From positions 428,544,001-428,608,000 of the forward strand of contig OZ024740.1 of the NCBI GenBank assembly GCA_964016885.1: a DNA stretch of 64,000 nucleotides, written 5' to 3'. Source of the DNA: Eledone cirrhosa. Taxonomy: Eukaryota. The notes beneath the pieces are model-generated. The model made no database searches. It saw only the letters and a list, made by a program, of their open reading frames with translations, and was not told where the DNA came from. The position numbers were made by a program, and so were the translations under genes. Shown here one piece after another: positions 47,901 to 62,900 of the stretch (the stretch's first letter is position 1; the number at the start of each line of letters is the position of its first letter).

Positions 47901-50900
47901 TAACAGACCACAACAGTCACCTAATGGGGAAGACAGACATTATCAGGCTACAGCTGCCATATTATATAGTTTCTACAACAGACCACAACAATCACCTAGT
48001 GGGGAAGACAGACATTATCAGGCTACAGCTGTCATATTATATAGTTTCTACAACAGACCACAACAGTCACCGAGTGAGGCAGACAGACATTATCAGACTA
48101 CAGCTGCCATATTATATAGTTTCTACAACAGACCACAACAGTCACCTAGTGGGGAAGACAGACATTATCAGACTACAGCTGCCATATTATATAGTTTCTA
48201 CAACAGACCACAACAGTCACCTAGTGGGGGAAGACAGACATTATCAGGCTACAGCTGCCATATTATATAGTTTCTACAACAGACCACAACAGTCATCTAG
48301 TGGGGAAGAAAGACATTATCAGGCTACAGCTGTCATATTATATAGTTTCTACAACAGACCACAATGGTCACCAAATGGGGCAGACAGACATTACCAGGCT
48401 ATAGCTGCCATATTATATAGTTTCTACAACAGACCACAATAGTCACCAAATGGGGAAGACAGACATTACCAGGCTATAGCTGCCATATTATATAGTTTCT
48501 ACAACAGACCACAACAGTCACCAAATGGGGAAGACAGATGTTATCAGGCTACAGCTGCCATATTATTTAGTTTCTACAACAGACTACAACAGTTACCAAA
48601 TGGGGAAGACAGACATTATCAGGCTACAGCTGCCATATTATATAGTTTCTATAACAGACCACAACAGTCACCTAATGGAGAAGACAGACATTATCAGGCT
48701 ACAGCTGCCATATTATATAGTTTCTACAACAGACCACAACAATCACCTAGTGGGGAAGACAGACATTATCAGGCTACAGCTGTCATATTATATAGTTTCT
48801 ACAACAGACCACAACAGTCACCTAGTGAGGAAGACAGACATTATCAGACTACAGCTGCCATATTATATAGTTTCTACAACAGACCACAACAGTCACCTAG
48901 TGGGGAAGACAGACATTATCAGACTACAGCTGCCATATTATATAGTTTCTACAACAGACCACAAGAGTCACCTAGTGGGGGAAGACAGACATTATCAGGC
49001 TACAGCTGTCATATTATATAGTTTCTACAACAGACCACAACAGTCACCAAATGGGGAAGACAGACATTATCAGGCTAGAGCTGACATATTATATAGTTTC
49101 TATAACAGACCACGACAGTCACCAAATGAGGAAGACAGACATTATCAGGCTACAGCTGTCATATTATATAGTTTCTATAACAGACCACAACAGTCACCTA
49201 GTTGGGAAGACATACATTATCAGGCTACAGCTGTCATATTACATAGTTTCTACAACAGACCACAACAGTCACCTAGTGGGGAAGACAGACATTATCAGGC
49301 TACAGCTGCCATATTATATAGTTTCTACAACAGACCACAACAGTCACCTAATGGGGAAGACAGACATTATCATGCTACAGCTGCCATATTATATAGTTTC
49401 TACAACAGACCACAAGTCACCTAATGGGGAAGACAGACATTATCAGGCTACAGCTGTCATATTATATAGTTTCTACAACAGACTACAACAGTAACCTAGT
49501 GGGGAAGACAGACATTATCAGGCTACAGCTGCATATTATATAGTTTTTACAACAGACCACAACAGTCACCTAGTGGGGAAGAAAGACATTATCAGGCTAC
49601 AGCTGTCATATTATATAGTTTCTACAACAGACCACAATGGTCACCAAATGGGGAAGACAGACATTACCAGGCTATAGCTGCCATATTATATAGTTTCTAC
49701 AACAGACCACAACAGTCACCAAATGGGGAAAGCATATGTTATGAGGCTACAGCTGCCATATTATTTAGTTTCTACAACAGACTACAACAGTTACCAAATG
49801 GGGAAGACAGACATTATCAGGCTACAGCTGCCATATTATATAGTTTCTATAACAGACCACAACAGTCACCTAATGGGGAAGACAGACATTATCAGGCTAC
49901 AGCTGCCATATTATATAGTTTCTACAACAGACCACAACAATCACCTAGTGGGGAAGACAGACATTATCAGGCTACAGCTGTCATATTATATAGTTTCTAC
50001 AACAGACCACAACAGTCACCTAGTGGGGAAGACAGACATTATCAGACTACAGCTGCCATATTATATAGTTTCTACAACAGACCACAACAGTCACCTAGTG
50101 GGAAAGACAGACATTATCAGACTACAGCTGCCATATTATATAGTTTTTACAACAGACCACAACAGTCACCTAGTGGGGGAAGACAGACGTTATCAGGCTA
50201 CAGCTGTCATATTATATAGTTTCTACAACAGACCACAACAGTCACCAAATGGGGAAGACAGACATTATCAGGCTAGAGCTGACATATTATATAGTTTCTA
50301 TAACAGACTACGACAGTCACCAAATGAGGAAGACAGACATTATCAGGCTACAGCTGTCATATTATATAGTTTCTATAACAGACCACAACAGTCACCTAGT
50401 GGGGAAGACAGACATTATCAGGCTACAGCTGTCATATTACATAGTTTCTACAACAGACCACAACAGTCACCTAGTGGGGAAGACAGACATTATCAGGCTA
50501 CAGCTGCAATATTATATAGTTTCTACAACAGACCACAACAGTCACCTAATGTGGAAGACAGACATTATCAGGCTACAGCTGCCATATTATATAGTTTCTT
50601 CAACAGACCACAACAGTCACCTAGTGGGGAAGACAGACATTATCAGGCTACAGCTGTCATATTACATAGTTTCTACAACAGACCACAACAGTCACCTAGT
50701 GGGGAAGACAGACATTATCAGGCTACAGCTGCAATATTATATAGTTTCTACAACAGACCACAACAGTCACCTAATGTGGAAGACAGACATTATCATGCTA
50801 CAGCTGCCATATTATATAGTTTCTACAACAGACCACAAGTCACCAAATGGGGAAGACAGACATTATCAGGCTAGAGCTGCCATATTATATAGTTTCTACA

Positions 50901-53900
50901 ACAGACCACGACAGTCACCAAATGGGGAAGACAGATGTTATCAGGCTACAGCTGCAATATTATATAGTTTCTCCAACAGACGACAACAGTCACCTACTGG
51001 GGAAGAAAGACATTATCAGGCTACAGCTGTCATATTATATAGTTTCTACAACAGACCACAATAGTCACCAAATGGGGAAGACAGACATTACCAGGCTATA
51101 GCTGCCATATTATATAGTTTCTACAACAGACCACAACAGTCACCAAATGGGGAAGACAGATGTTATCAGGCTACAGCTGCCATATTATTTAGTTTCTACA
51201 ACAGACTACAACAGTTACCAAATGGGGAAGACAGATGTTATCAGGCTACAGCTGCCATATTATATAGTTTCTATAACAGACCACAACAGTCACCTAATGG
51301 GGAAGACAGACATTATCAGGCTACAGCTGCCATATTATATAGTTTCTACAACAGACCACAACAATCACCTAGTGGGGAAGACAGACATTATCAGGCTACA
51401 GCTGTCATATTATATAGTTTCTACAACAGACCACAACAGTCACCTAGTGAGGAAGACAGACATTATCAGACTACAGCTGCCATATTATATAGTTTCTACA
51501 ACAGACCACAACAGTCACCTAGTGGGGAAGACAGACATTATCAGACTACAGCTGCCATATTATATAGTTTCTACAACAGACCACAACAGTCACCTAGTGG
51601 GGGAAGACAGACATTATCAGGCTACAGCTGCCATATTATATAGTTTCTACAACAGACCACAACAGTCACCTAGTGGGGAAGAAAGACATTATCAGGCTAC
51701 AGCTGTCATATTATATAGTTTCTACAACAGACCACAATGGTCACCAAATGGGGAAGACAGACATTACCAGGCTATAGCTGCCATATTATATAGTTTCTAC
51801 AACAGACCACAACAGTCACCAAATGGGGAAGACATATGTTATCAGGCTACAGCTGCCATATTATTTAGTTTCTACAACAGACTACAACAGTTACCAAATG
51901 GGGAAGACAGACATTATCAGGCTACAGCTGCCATATTATATAGTTTCTATAACAGACCACAACAGTCACCTAATGGGGAAGACAGACATTATCAGGCTAC
52001 AGCTGCCATATTATATTGTTTCTACAACAGACCACAACAGTCACCTAGTGGGGAAGACAGACATTATCAGGCTACAGCTGTCATATTATATAGTTTCTAC
52101 AACAGACCACAACAGTCACCTAGTGGGGAAGACAGACATTATCAGGCTACAGCTGTCATATTATATAGTTTCTACAACAGACTACAACAGTCACCAAATG
52201 GGCAAGAAAGACATTATCAAGCTACAGCTGTCATATTAAATAGTTTCTACAACAGACCACAACAGTCACCAAATGGGTAAGACAGACATTATCAGGCAAC
52301 AGCTGCAATATTATATAGTTTCTCCAACAGACGACAACAGTCACCTACTGGGGAAGAAAGACATTATCAGGCTACAGCTGTCATATTATATAGTTTCTAC
52401 AACAGACCACAATAGTCACCAAATGGGGAAGACAGACATTACCAGGCTATAGCTGCCATATTATATAGTTTCTACAACAGACCACAACAGTCACCAAATG
52501 GGGAAGACAGATGTTATCAAGCTACAGCTGCCATATTATTTAGTTTCTACAACAGACTACAACAGTTACCAAATGGGGAAGACAGACATTATCAGGCTAC
52601 AGCTGCCATATTATATAGTTTCTATAACAGACCACAACAGTCACCTAATGGGGAAGACAGACATTATCAGGCTACAGCTGCCATATTATATAGTTTCTAT
52701 AACAGACCACAACAATCACCTAGTGGGGAAGACAGACATTATCAGGCTACAGCTGTCATATTATATAGTTTCTACAACAGACCACAACAGTCACCTAGTG
52801 AGGAAGACAGACATTATCAGACTACAGCTGCCATATTATATAGTTTCTACAACAGACCACAACAGTCACCTAGTGGGGAAGACAGACATTATCAGACTAC
52901 AGCTGCCATATTATATAGTTTCTACAACAGACCACAACAGTCACCTAGTGGGGGAAGACAGACATTATCAGGCTACAGCTGTCATATTATATAGTTTCTA
53001 CAACAGACCACAACAGTCACCAAATGGGGAAGACAGACATTATCAGGCTAGAGCTGACATATTATATAGTTTCTATAACAGACCACGACAGTCACCAAAT
53101 GAGGAAGACAGACATTATCAGGCAACAGCTGTCATATTATATAGTTTCTATAACAGACCACAACAGTCACCTAGTTGGGAAGACAGACATTATCAGGCTA
53201 CAGCTGTCATATTACATAGTTTCTACAACAGACCACAACAGTGACCTAGTGGGGAAGACAGACATTATCAGGCTACAGCTGCCATATTATATAGTTTCTA
53301 CAACAGACCAAAAGTCACCTAATGGGGAAGACAGACATTATCAGGCTACAGCTGTCATATTATATAGTTTCTACAACAGACTACAACAGTCACCTAGTGG
53401 GGAAGACAGACATTATCAGGCTACAGCTGCCATATTATATAGTTTCTACAACAGACCACAACAGTCACCTAGTGGGGAAGACAGACATTATCAGGCTACA
53501 GCTGTCATATTATATAGTTTCTACAACAGACCACAATGGTCACCAAATGGGGAAGACAGACATTACCAGGCTATAGCTGCCATATTATATAGTTTCTACA
53601 ACAGACCACAACAGTCACCAAATGGGGAAGACATATGTTATCAGGCTACAGCTGCCATATTATTTAGTTTCTACAACAGACTACAACAGTTACCAAATGG
53701 GGAAGACAGACATTATCAGGCTACAGCTGCCATATTATATAGTTTCTATAACAGACCACAACAGTCACCTAATGGGGAAGACAGACATTATCAGGCTACA
53801 GCTGCCATATTATATAGTTTCTACAACAGACCACAACAATCACCTAGTGGGAAAGACAGACATTATCAGGCTACAGCTGTCATATTGTATAGTTTCTACA

Positions 53901-56900
53901 ACAGACCACAACAGTCACCTAGTGGGGAAGACAGACATTATCAGACTACAGCTGCCATATTATATAGTTTCTACAACAGACCACAACAGTCACCTAGTGG
54001 GAAAGACAGACATTATCAGACTACAGCTGCCATATTATATAGTTTTTACAACAGACCACAACAGTCACCTAGTGGGGGAAGACAGACGTTATCAGGCTAC
54101 AGCTGTCATATTATATAGTTTCTACAACAGACCACAACAGTCACCAAATGGGGAAGACAGACATTATCAGGCTAGAGCTGACATATTATATAGTTTCTAT
54201 AACAGACCACGACAGTCACCAAATGAGGAAGACAGACATTATCAGGCTACAGCTGTCATATTATATAGTTTCTATAACAGACCACAACAGTCACCTAGTG
54301 GGGAAGACAGACATTATCAGGCTACAGCTGTCATATTACATAGTTTCTACAACAGACCACAACAGTCACCTAGTGGGGAAGACAGACATTATCAGGCTAC
54401 AGCTGCAATATTATATAGTTTCTACAACAGACCACAACAGTCACCTAATGGGGAAGACAGACATTATCAGGCTACAGCTGCCATATTATATAGTTTCTTC
54501 AACAGACCACAACAGTCACCTAGTGGGGAAGACAGACATTATCATGCTACAGCTGCCATATTATATAGTTTCTACAACAGACCACAAGTCACCAAATGGG
54601 GAAGACAGACATTATCAGGCTAGAGCTGCCATATTATATAGTTTCTACAACAGACCACGACAGTCACCAAATGTGGAAGACAGATGTTATCAGGCTACAG
54701 CTGCATATTATATAGTTTCTAGAAAAGACCACAACAGTCCCCTAATGGGGAAGACAGACATTATCAGGCTATAGCTGCCATATTATATAGTTTCTACAAC
54801 AGACCACAACAGTCACCTAGTGGGGAACACTGACATTATCAGGCTACAGCTGTCATATTATATAGTTTCTACAACAGACCACAACAGTCACCTAATGGGG
54901 AAGACAGACATTATCTGGCTACAGCTGTCATATTATATAGTTTCTACAACAGACCACAACAGTCACCAAATGGGTAAGACAGACACTATCAGGCTACAGC
55001 TGCCATATTATATAGTTTCTACAACAGACCACAACAGTCACCAAGTGGGGAAGACTGACATTATCAAGCTACAGCTGTCATATTATATAGTTTCTACAAC
55101 AGACCACGACAGTCACCTAGTGGGGAAGACAGACATTATCAGGCTACAGCTGTCATATTATATAGTTTCTACAACAGACCACAACAGTCACCAAATGGGG
55201 AAGACAGACAATATCAGGCTACAGCTGCCATATTATATAGTTTCTACAACAGACCACAACAGTCATCTAGTGGGGAAGACTGACATTATAAGGCTACAGC
55301 TGTCATATTATATAGTTTCTACAACAGACCACAACAGTCACCAAATGGGGAAGACAGACATTATCAGGCTACAGCTGTCATATTATATAGTTTCTACAAC
55401 AGACCACAACAGTTACCTAGTGGGGAAGACAGACATTATCAGGCTACAGCTGCCATATTATATAGTTTCTACAACAGACCACAACAGTCACCTAATGGGG
55501 AAGACAGACATTATCAGGCTACAGCTGCATATTATATAGTTTCTACAACAGACCACAACAGTCACCTAGTGGGGAAGAAAGACATTATCAGGCTACAGCT
55601 GTCATATTATATAGTTTCTACAACAGACCACAATAGTCACCAAATGGGGAAGAAAGACATTACCAGGCTATAGCTGCCATATTATATAGTTTCTACAACA
55701 GACCACGACAGTCACCAAATGGGGAAGACAGATGTTATCAGGCTACAGCTGCAATATTATATAGTTTCTCCAACAGACGACAACAGTCACCTACTGGGGA
55801 AGAAAGACATTATCAGGCTACAGCTGTCATATTATATAGTTTCTACAACAGACCACAATAGTCACCAAATGGGGAAGACAGACATTACCAGGCTATAGCT
55901 GCCATATTATATAGTTTCTACAACAGACCACAACAGTCACCAAATGGGGAAGACAGATGTTATCAGGCTACAGCTGCCATATTATTTAGTTTCTACAACA
56001 GACTACAACAGTTACCAAATGGGGAAGACAGACATTATCAGGCTACAGCTGCCATATTATATAGTTTCTATAACAGACCACAACAGTCACCTAATGGGGA
56101 AGACAGACATTATCAGGCTACAGCTGCCATATTATATAGTTTCTACAACAGACCACAACAATCACCTAGTGGGGAAGACAGACATTATCAGGCTACAGCT
56201 GTCATATTATATAGTTTCTACAACAGACCACAACAGTCACCTAGTGAGGAAGACAGACATTATCAGACTACAGCTGCAATATTATATAGTTTCTACAACA
56301 GACCACAACAGTCACCTAGTGGGGAAGACAGACATTATCAGACTACAGCTGCCATATTATATAGTTTCTACAACAGACCACAACAGTCACCTAGTGGGGG
56401 AAGACAGACATTATCAGGCTACAGCTGCCATATTATATAGTTTCTACAACAGACCACAACAGTCACCTAGTGGGGAAGAAAGACATTATCAGGCTACAGC
56501 TGTCATATTATATAGTTTCTACAACAGACCACAATGGTCACCAAATGGGGAAGACAGACATTACCAGGCTATAGCTGCCATATTATATAGTTTCTACAAC
56601 AGACCACAACAGTCACCAAATGGGGAAGACATATGTTATCAGGCTACAGCTGCCATATTATTTAGTTTCTACAACAGACTACAACAGTTACCAAATGGGG
56701 AAGACAGACATTATCAGGCTACAGCTGCAATATTATATAGTTTCTATAACAGACCACAACAGTCACCTAATGGGGAAGACAGACATTATCAGGCTACAGC
56801 TGCCATATTATATAGTTTCTACAACAGACCACAACAGTCACCTAGTGGGGAAGACAGACATTATCAGGCTACAGCTGTCATATTATATATTTTCTACAAC

Positions 56901-59900
56901 AGAACACAACAGTCACCTAGTGGGGAAGACAGACATTATCAGGCTACAGCTGTCATATTATATAGTTTCTACAACAGACTACAACAGTCACCAAATGGGC
57001 AAGAAAGACATTATCAAGCTACAGCTGTCATATTAAATAGTTTCTACCACAGACCACAACAGTCACCAAATGGGTAAGACAGACATTATCAGGCAACAGC
57101 TGCAATATTATATAGTTTCTCCAACAGACGACAACAGTCACCTACTGGGGAAGAAAGACATTATCAGGCTACAGCTGTCATATTATATAGTTTCTACAAC
57201 AGACCACAATAGTCACCAAATGGGGAAGACAGACATTACCAGGCTATAGCTGCCATATTATATAGTTTCTACAACAGACCACAACAGTCACCAAATGGGG
57301 AAGACAGATGTTATCAAGCTACAGCTGACATATTATTTAGTTTCTACAACAGACTACAACAGTTACCAAATGGGGAAGACAGACATTATCAGGCTACAGC
57401 TGCCATATTATATAGTTTCTATAAAAGACCACAACAGTCACCTAATGGGGAAGACAGACATTATCAGGCTAGAGCTGCCATATTATATAGTTTCTACAAC
57501 AGACCACAACAATCACCTAGTGGGGAAGACAGACATTATCAGGCTACAGCTGTCATATTATATAGTTTCTACAACAGACCACAACAGTCACCTAGTGAGG
57601 AAGACAGACATTATCAGACTACAGCTGCCATATTATATAGTTTCTACAACAGACCACAACAGTCACCTAGTGGGGAAGACAGACATTATCAGACTACAGC
57701 TGCCATATTATATAGTTTCTACAACAGACCACAACAGTCACCTAGTGGGGGAAGACAGACATTATCAGGCTACAGCTGTCATATTATATAGTTTCTACAA
57801 CAGACCACAACAGTCACCAAATGGGGAAGACAGACATTATCAGGCTAGAGCTGACATATTATATAGTTTCTATAACAGACCACGACAGTCACCAAATGAG
57901 GAAGACAGACATTATCAGGCAACAGCTGTCATATTATATAGTTTCTATAACAGACCACAACAGTCACCTAGTTGGGAAGACAGGCATTATCAGGCTACAG
58001 CTGTCATATTACATAGTTTCTACAACAGACCACAACAGTCACCTAGTGGGGAAGACAGACATTATCAGGCTACAGCTGCCATATTATATAGTTTCTACAA
58101 CAGTCCACAAGTCACCTAATGGGGAAGACAGACATTATCAGGCTACAGCTGTCATATTATATAGTTTCTACAACAGACTACAACAGTCACCTAGTGGGGA
58201 AGACAGACATTATCAGGCTACAGCTGCCATATTATATAGTTTCTACAACAGACCACAACAGTCACCTAGTGGGGAAGAAAGACATTATCAGGCTACAGCT
58301 GTCATGTTATATAGTTTCTACAACAGACCACAATGATCACCAAATGGGGAAGACAGACATTACCAGGCTATAGCTGCCATATTATATAGTTTCTACAACA
58401 GATCACAACAGTCACCAAATGGGGAAGACATATGTTATCAGGCTACAGCTGCCATATTATTTAGTTTCTACAACAGACTACAACAGTTACCAAATGGGGA
58501 AGACAGACATTATCAGGCTACAGCTGCCATATTATATAGTTTCTATAACAGACCACAACAGTCACCTAGTGGGGAAGACAGACATTATCAGGCTACAGCT
58601 GCCATATTATATAGTTTCTATTACCGACCACAACAGTCACCAAATGGGGAAGACAGACATTATCAGGCTACAGGTGTCATATTATATAGTTTCTACAACA
58701 GACCACAACAGTCACCAAATGGGGAAGACAGACATTATCAGGCTACAGGTGTCATATTATATAGTTTCTACAACAGACCACAACAGTCACCAAATGGGGA
58801 AGACAGACATTATCAGGCTACAGCTGCCATATTATATAGTTTCTACAACAGACCAGGACAGTCACCTAGTGGGGAAGACAGACATTATCAGGCTACAGGT
58901 GTCATATTATATAGTTTCTACAACAGACAATGACAGTCACCTAATGGGGAAGACAGACATTATCAGGCTACAGCTGCCATATTATATAGTTTCTTCAACA
59001 GACCACGACAGTTACCTAGTGGGGAAGACAGACATTATCAGGCTACAGGTGTTTATATTATATAGTTTCTACAACAGACAACGACAGTCACCTAATGGGG
59101 AAGACAGACATTATCAGGCTACAGGTGTCATATTATATAATTTCTACAACAGACCACAACAGTCACCAAATGGGGAAGACAGACATTATCAGGCTACAGG
59201 TGTCATATTATATAGTTTCTACAACAGACCACAACAGTCACCAAATGGGGAAACAGACATTATCAGGCTACAGCTGCCATAATATATAGTTTCTACAACA
59301 GACCAGGACAGTCACCTAGTGGGGAAGACAGACATTATCAGGCTACAGCTGCAATATTATATAGTTTCTACAACATACCACAACAGTCACCTAGTGGGGA
59401 AGACAGACATTATCAGGCTACAGCTGCAATATTATATAGTTTCTACAACAGACCACAACAGTCACCTAGTGGGGAAGACAGACATTATCAGGCTACAGCT
59501 GCCATATTATATAGTTTCTACAACAGACCACAACAGTCACCTAATGGGGAAGACAGACATTATCAGGCTACAGCTGCCATATTATATAGTTTCTACAACA
59601 GACCAAAAGAGTCACCTAGTGGGGAAGACAGACATTATCAGGCTACAGCTGCAATATTATATAGTTTCTACAACAGACCACAACAGTCACCAAGTGGGGA
59701 AGACAGACATTATCAGGCTACAGCTGCAATATTATATAGTTTCTACAACAGACCACAACAGTCACGTAGTGGGGAAGACAGACATTATCAGGCTACAGCT
59801 GCAATATTATATTGTTTCTATTACAGACCACAACAGTCACCCAATGGGGAAGTCAGACATTATCAGGCTACAGCTGCCATATTATATAGTTTCTACAACA

Positions 59901-62900
59901 GACCACAACAGTCACCTAATGGGGAAGACAGACATTATCAGGCTACAGCTGCCATATTATATAGTTTCTACAACAGACCACAACAGTCACCTAGTGGGGA
60001 AGACAGATATTATCAGGCTACAGCTGCCATATTATATAGTTTCTACAACAGACCACGATAGTCACCTAGTGGGGAAGACAGACATTATCAGGCTACAGCT
60101 GCAATATTATATAGTTTCTATTACAGACCACAACAGTCACCAAATGGGGAAGACAGACATTATCAGGCTACGGATGTCATATTATATAGTTTCTATAACA
60201 GACCACAACAGTCACCAAATGGGGAAGACAGACATTATCAGGCTACTGCTGCCATATTATATAGTTTCTACAACAGACCACAACAGTAACCTAATGGGGA
60301 AGACAGACATTATCAGGCTACAGCTGCCATATTATATAGTTTCTACAACAGACCACAACAGTCACCTAATGGGGAAGACAGACATTATCAGGCTACAGCT
60401 GCCATATTATATAGTTTCTACAACATACCACAACAGTCACCTAGTGGGGAAGACAGACATTATCAGGCTACAGCTGCCATATTATATAGTTTCTATTACA
60501 GACCACAACAGTCACCAAATGGGGAAGACAGACATTATCAGGCTACAGGTGTCATATTATATAGTTTCTACAACAGACCACAACAGTCACCAAATGGGGA
60601 AGACAGACATTATCAGGCTACAGGTGTCATATTATATAGTTTCTACAACAGACTACGACAGTCACCAAATGGGGAAGACAGACATTATCAGGCTACAGCT
60701 GCCATATTATATAGTTTCTACAACAGAACAGGACAGTCACCTAGTGGGGAAGACAGACATTATCAGGCTACAGGTGTCATATATAGTTTCTACAACAGAC
60801 AATGACAGTCACCTAATGGGGAAGACAGACATTATCAGGCTACAGCTGCCATATTATATAGTTTCTTCAACAGACCACGACAGTCACCTAGTGGGGAAGA
60901 CAGACATTATCAGGCTACAGGTGTTTATATTATATAGTTTCTACAACAGACAACGACAGTCACCTAATGGGGAAGACAGACATTATCAGGCTACAGCTGC
61001 CATATTATATCGTTCCTACAACATACCACAGCAGTCACCTAGTGGAGAAGACAGACATTGTCAGGCTACAGCTGCAATATTATATAGTTTCTATTACAGA
61101 CCACAACAGTCACCAAATGGGGAAGACAGACATTATCAGGCTACGGATGTCATATTATATAGTTTCTATAACAGAACACAACAGTCACCAAATGGGGAAG
61201 ACAGACATTATCAGGTTACAGCTGCAATATTATATAGTTTCTACAACAGACCACAACAGTAACCTAATGGGGATGACAGACATTATCAGGCTACAGCTGC
61301 CATATTATATAGTTTCTACAACAGACCACAACAGTCACCAAATGGGGAAGACAGACATTATCAGGCTACAGGTGTCATATTATATAGTTTCTACAACAGA
61401 CCACAACAGTCACCAAATGGGGAAGACAGACATTATCAGGCTACAGCTGCCATATTATATAGTTTCTACAACAGACCAGGACAGTCACCTAGTGGGGAAG
61501 ACAGACATTATCAGGCTACAGCTGCCATATTATATAGTTTCTACAACAGACCACAACAGTCACCTAGTGGGGAAGACAGACATTATCAGGCTACAGCTGC
61601 CATATTATATAGTTTCTATAACAGACCACAACAGTCACCTAATGGGGAAGACAGACATTATCAGGCTACAGCTGCCATATTATATAGTTTCTACAACAGA
61701 CCACAAGAGTCACCTAGTGGGGAAGACAGACATTATCAGGCTACAGCTGCCATATTATATAGTTTCTACAACAGACCACAACAGTCACCAAGTGGGGAAG
61801 ACAGACATTATCAGGCTACAGCTGCAATATTATATAGTTTCTACAACAGACCACAACAGTCACCAAGTGGGGAAGACAGACATTATCAGGCTACAGCTGC
61901 AATATTATATAGTTTCTACAACAGACCACAACAGTCACGTAGTGGGGAAGACAGACATTATCAGGCTACAGCTGCAATATTATATTGTTTCTATTACAGA
62001 CCACAACAGTCACCAAATGGGGAAGACAGACATTATCAGGCTACAGCTGCCATATTATATAGTTTCTACAACAGACCACAACAGTCACCTAATGGGGAAG
62101 ACAGACATTATCAGGCTACAGCTGCCATATTATATAGTTTCTACAACAGACCACAACAGTCACCTAGTGGGGAAGACAGACATTATCAGGCTACAGCTGC
62201 AATATTATATAGTTTCTATTACAGACCACAACAGTCATCAAATGGGGAAGACAGACATTATCAGGCTACGGATGTCATATTATATAGTTTCTATATCAGA
62301 CCACAACAGTCACCAAATGGGGAAGACAGACATTATCAGGCTACTGCTGCCATATTATATAGTTTCTACAACAGACCACAACAGTAACCTAATGGGGAAG
62401 ACAGACATTATCAGGCTACAGCTGCCATATTATATAGTTTCTACAACAGACCACAACAGTCACCTAATGGGGAAGACAGACATTATCAGGCTACAGCTGC
62501 CATATTATATAGTTTCTACAACATACCACAACAGTCACCTAGTGGGGAAGACAGACATTATCAGGCTACAGGTGTCATATTATATAGTTTCTACAACAGA
62601 CCACAACAGTCACCAAATGGGGGAAGACAGACATTATCAGGCTACAGCTGCAATATTATATAGTTTCTATTACAGACCACAACAGTCACCAAATGGGGAA
62701 GACAGACATTATCAGGCTACGGATGTCATATTATATAGTTTCTATAACAGACCACAACAGTCACCAAATGGGGAAGACATACATTATCAGGCTACTGCTG
62801 CCATATTATATAGTTTCTACAACAGACCACAACAGTAACCTAATGGGGAAGACAGACATTATCAGGCTACAGCTGCCATATTATATAGTTTCTACAACAT

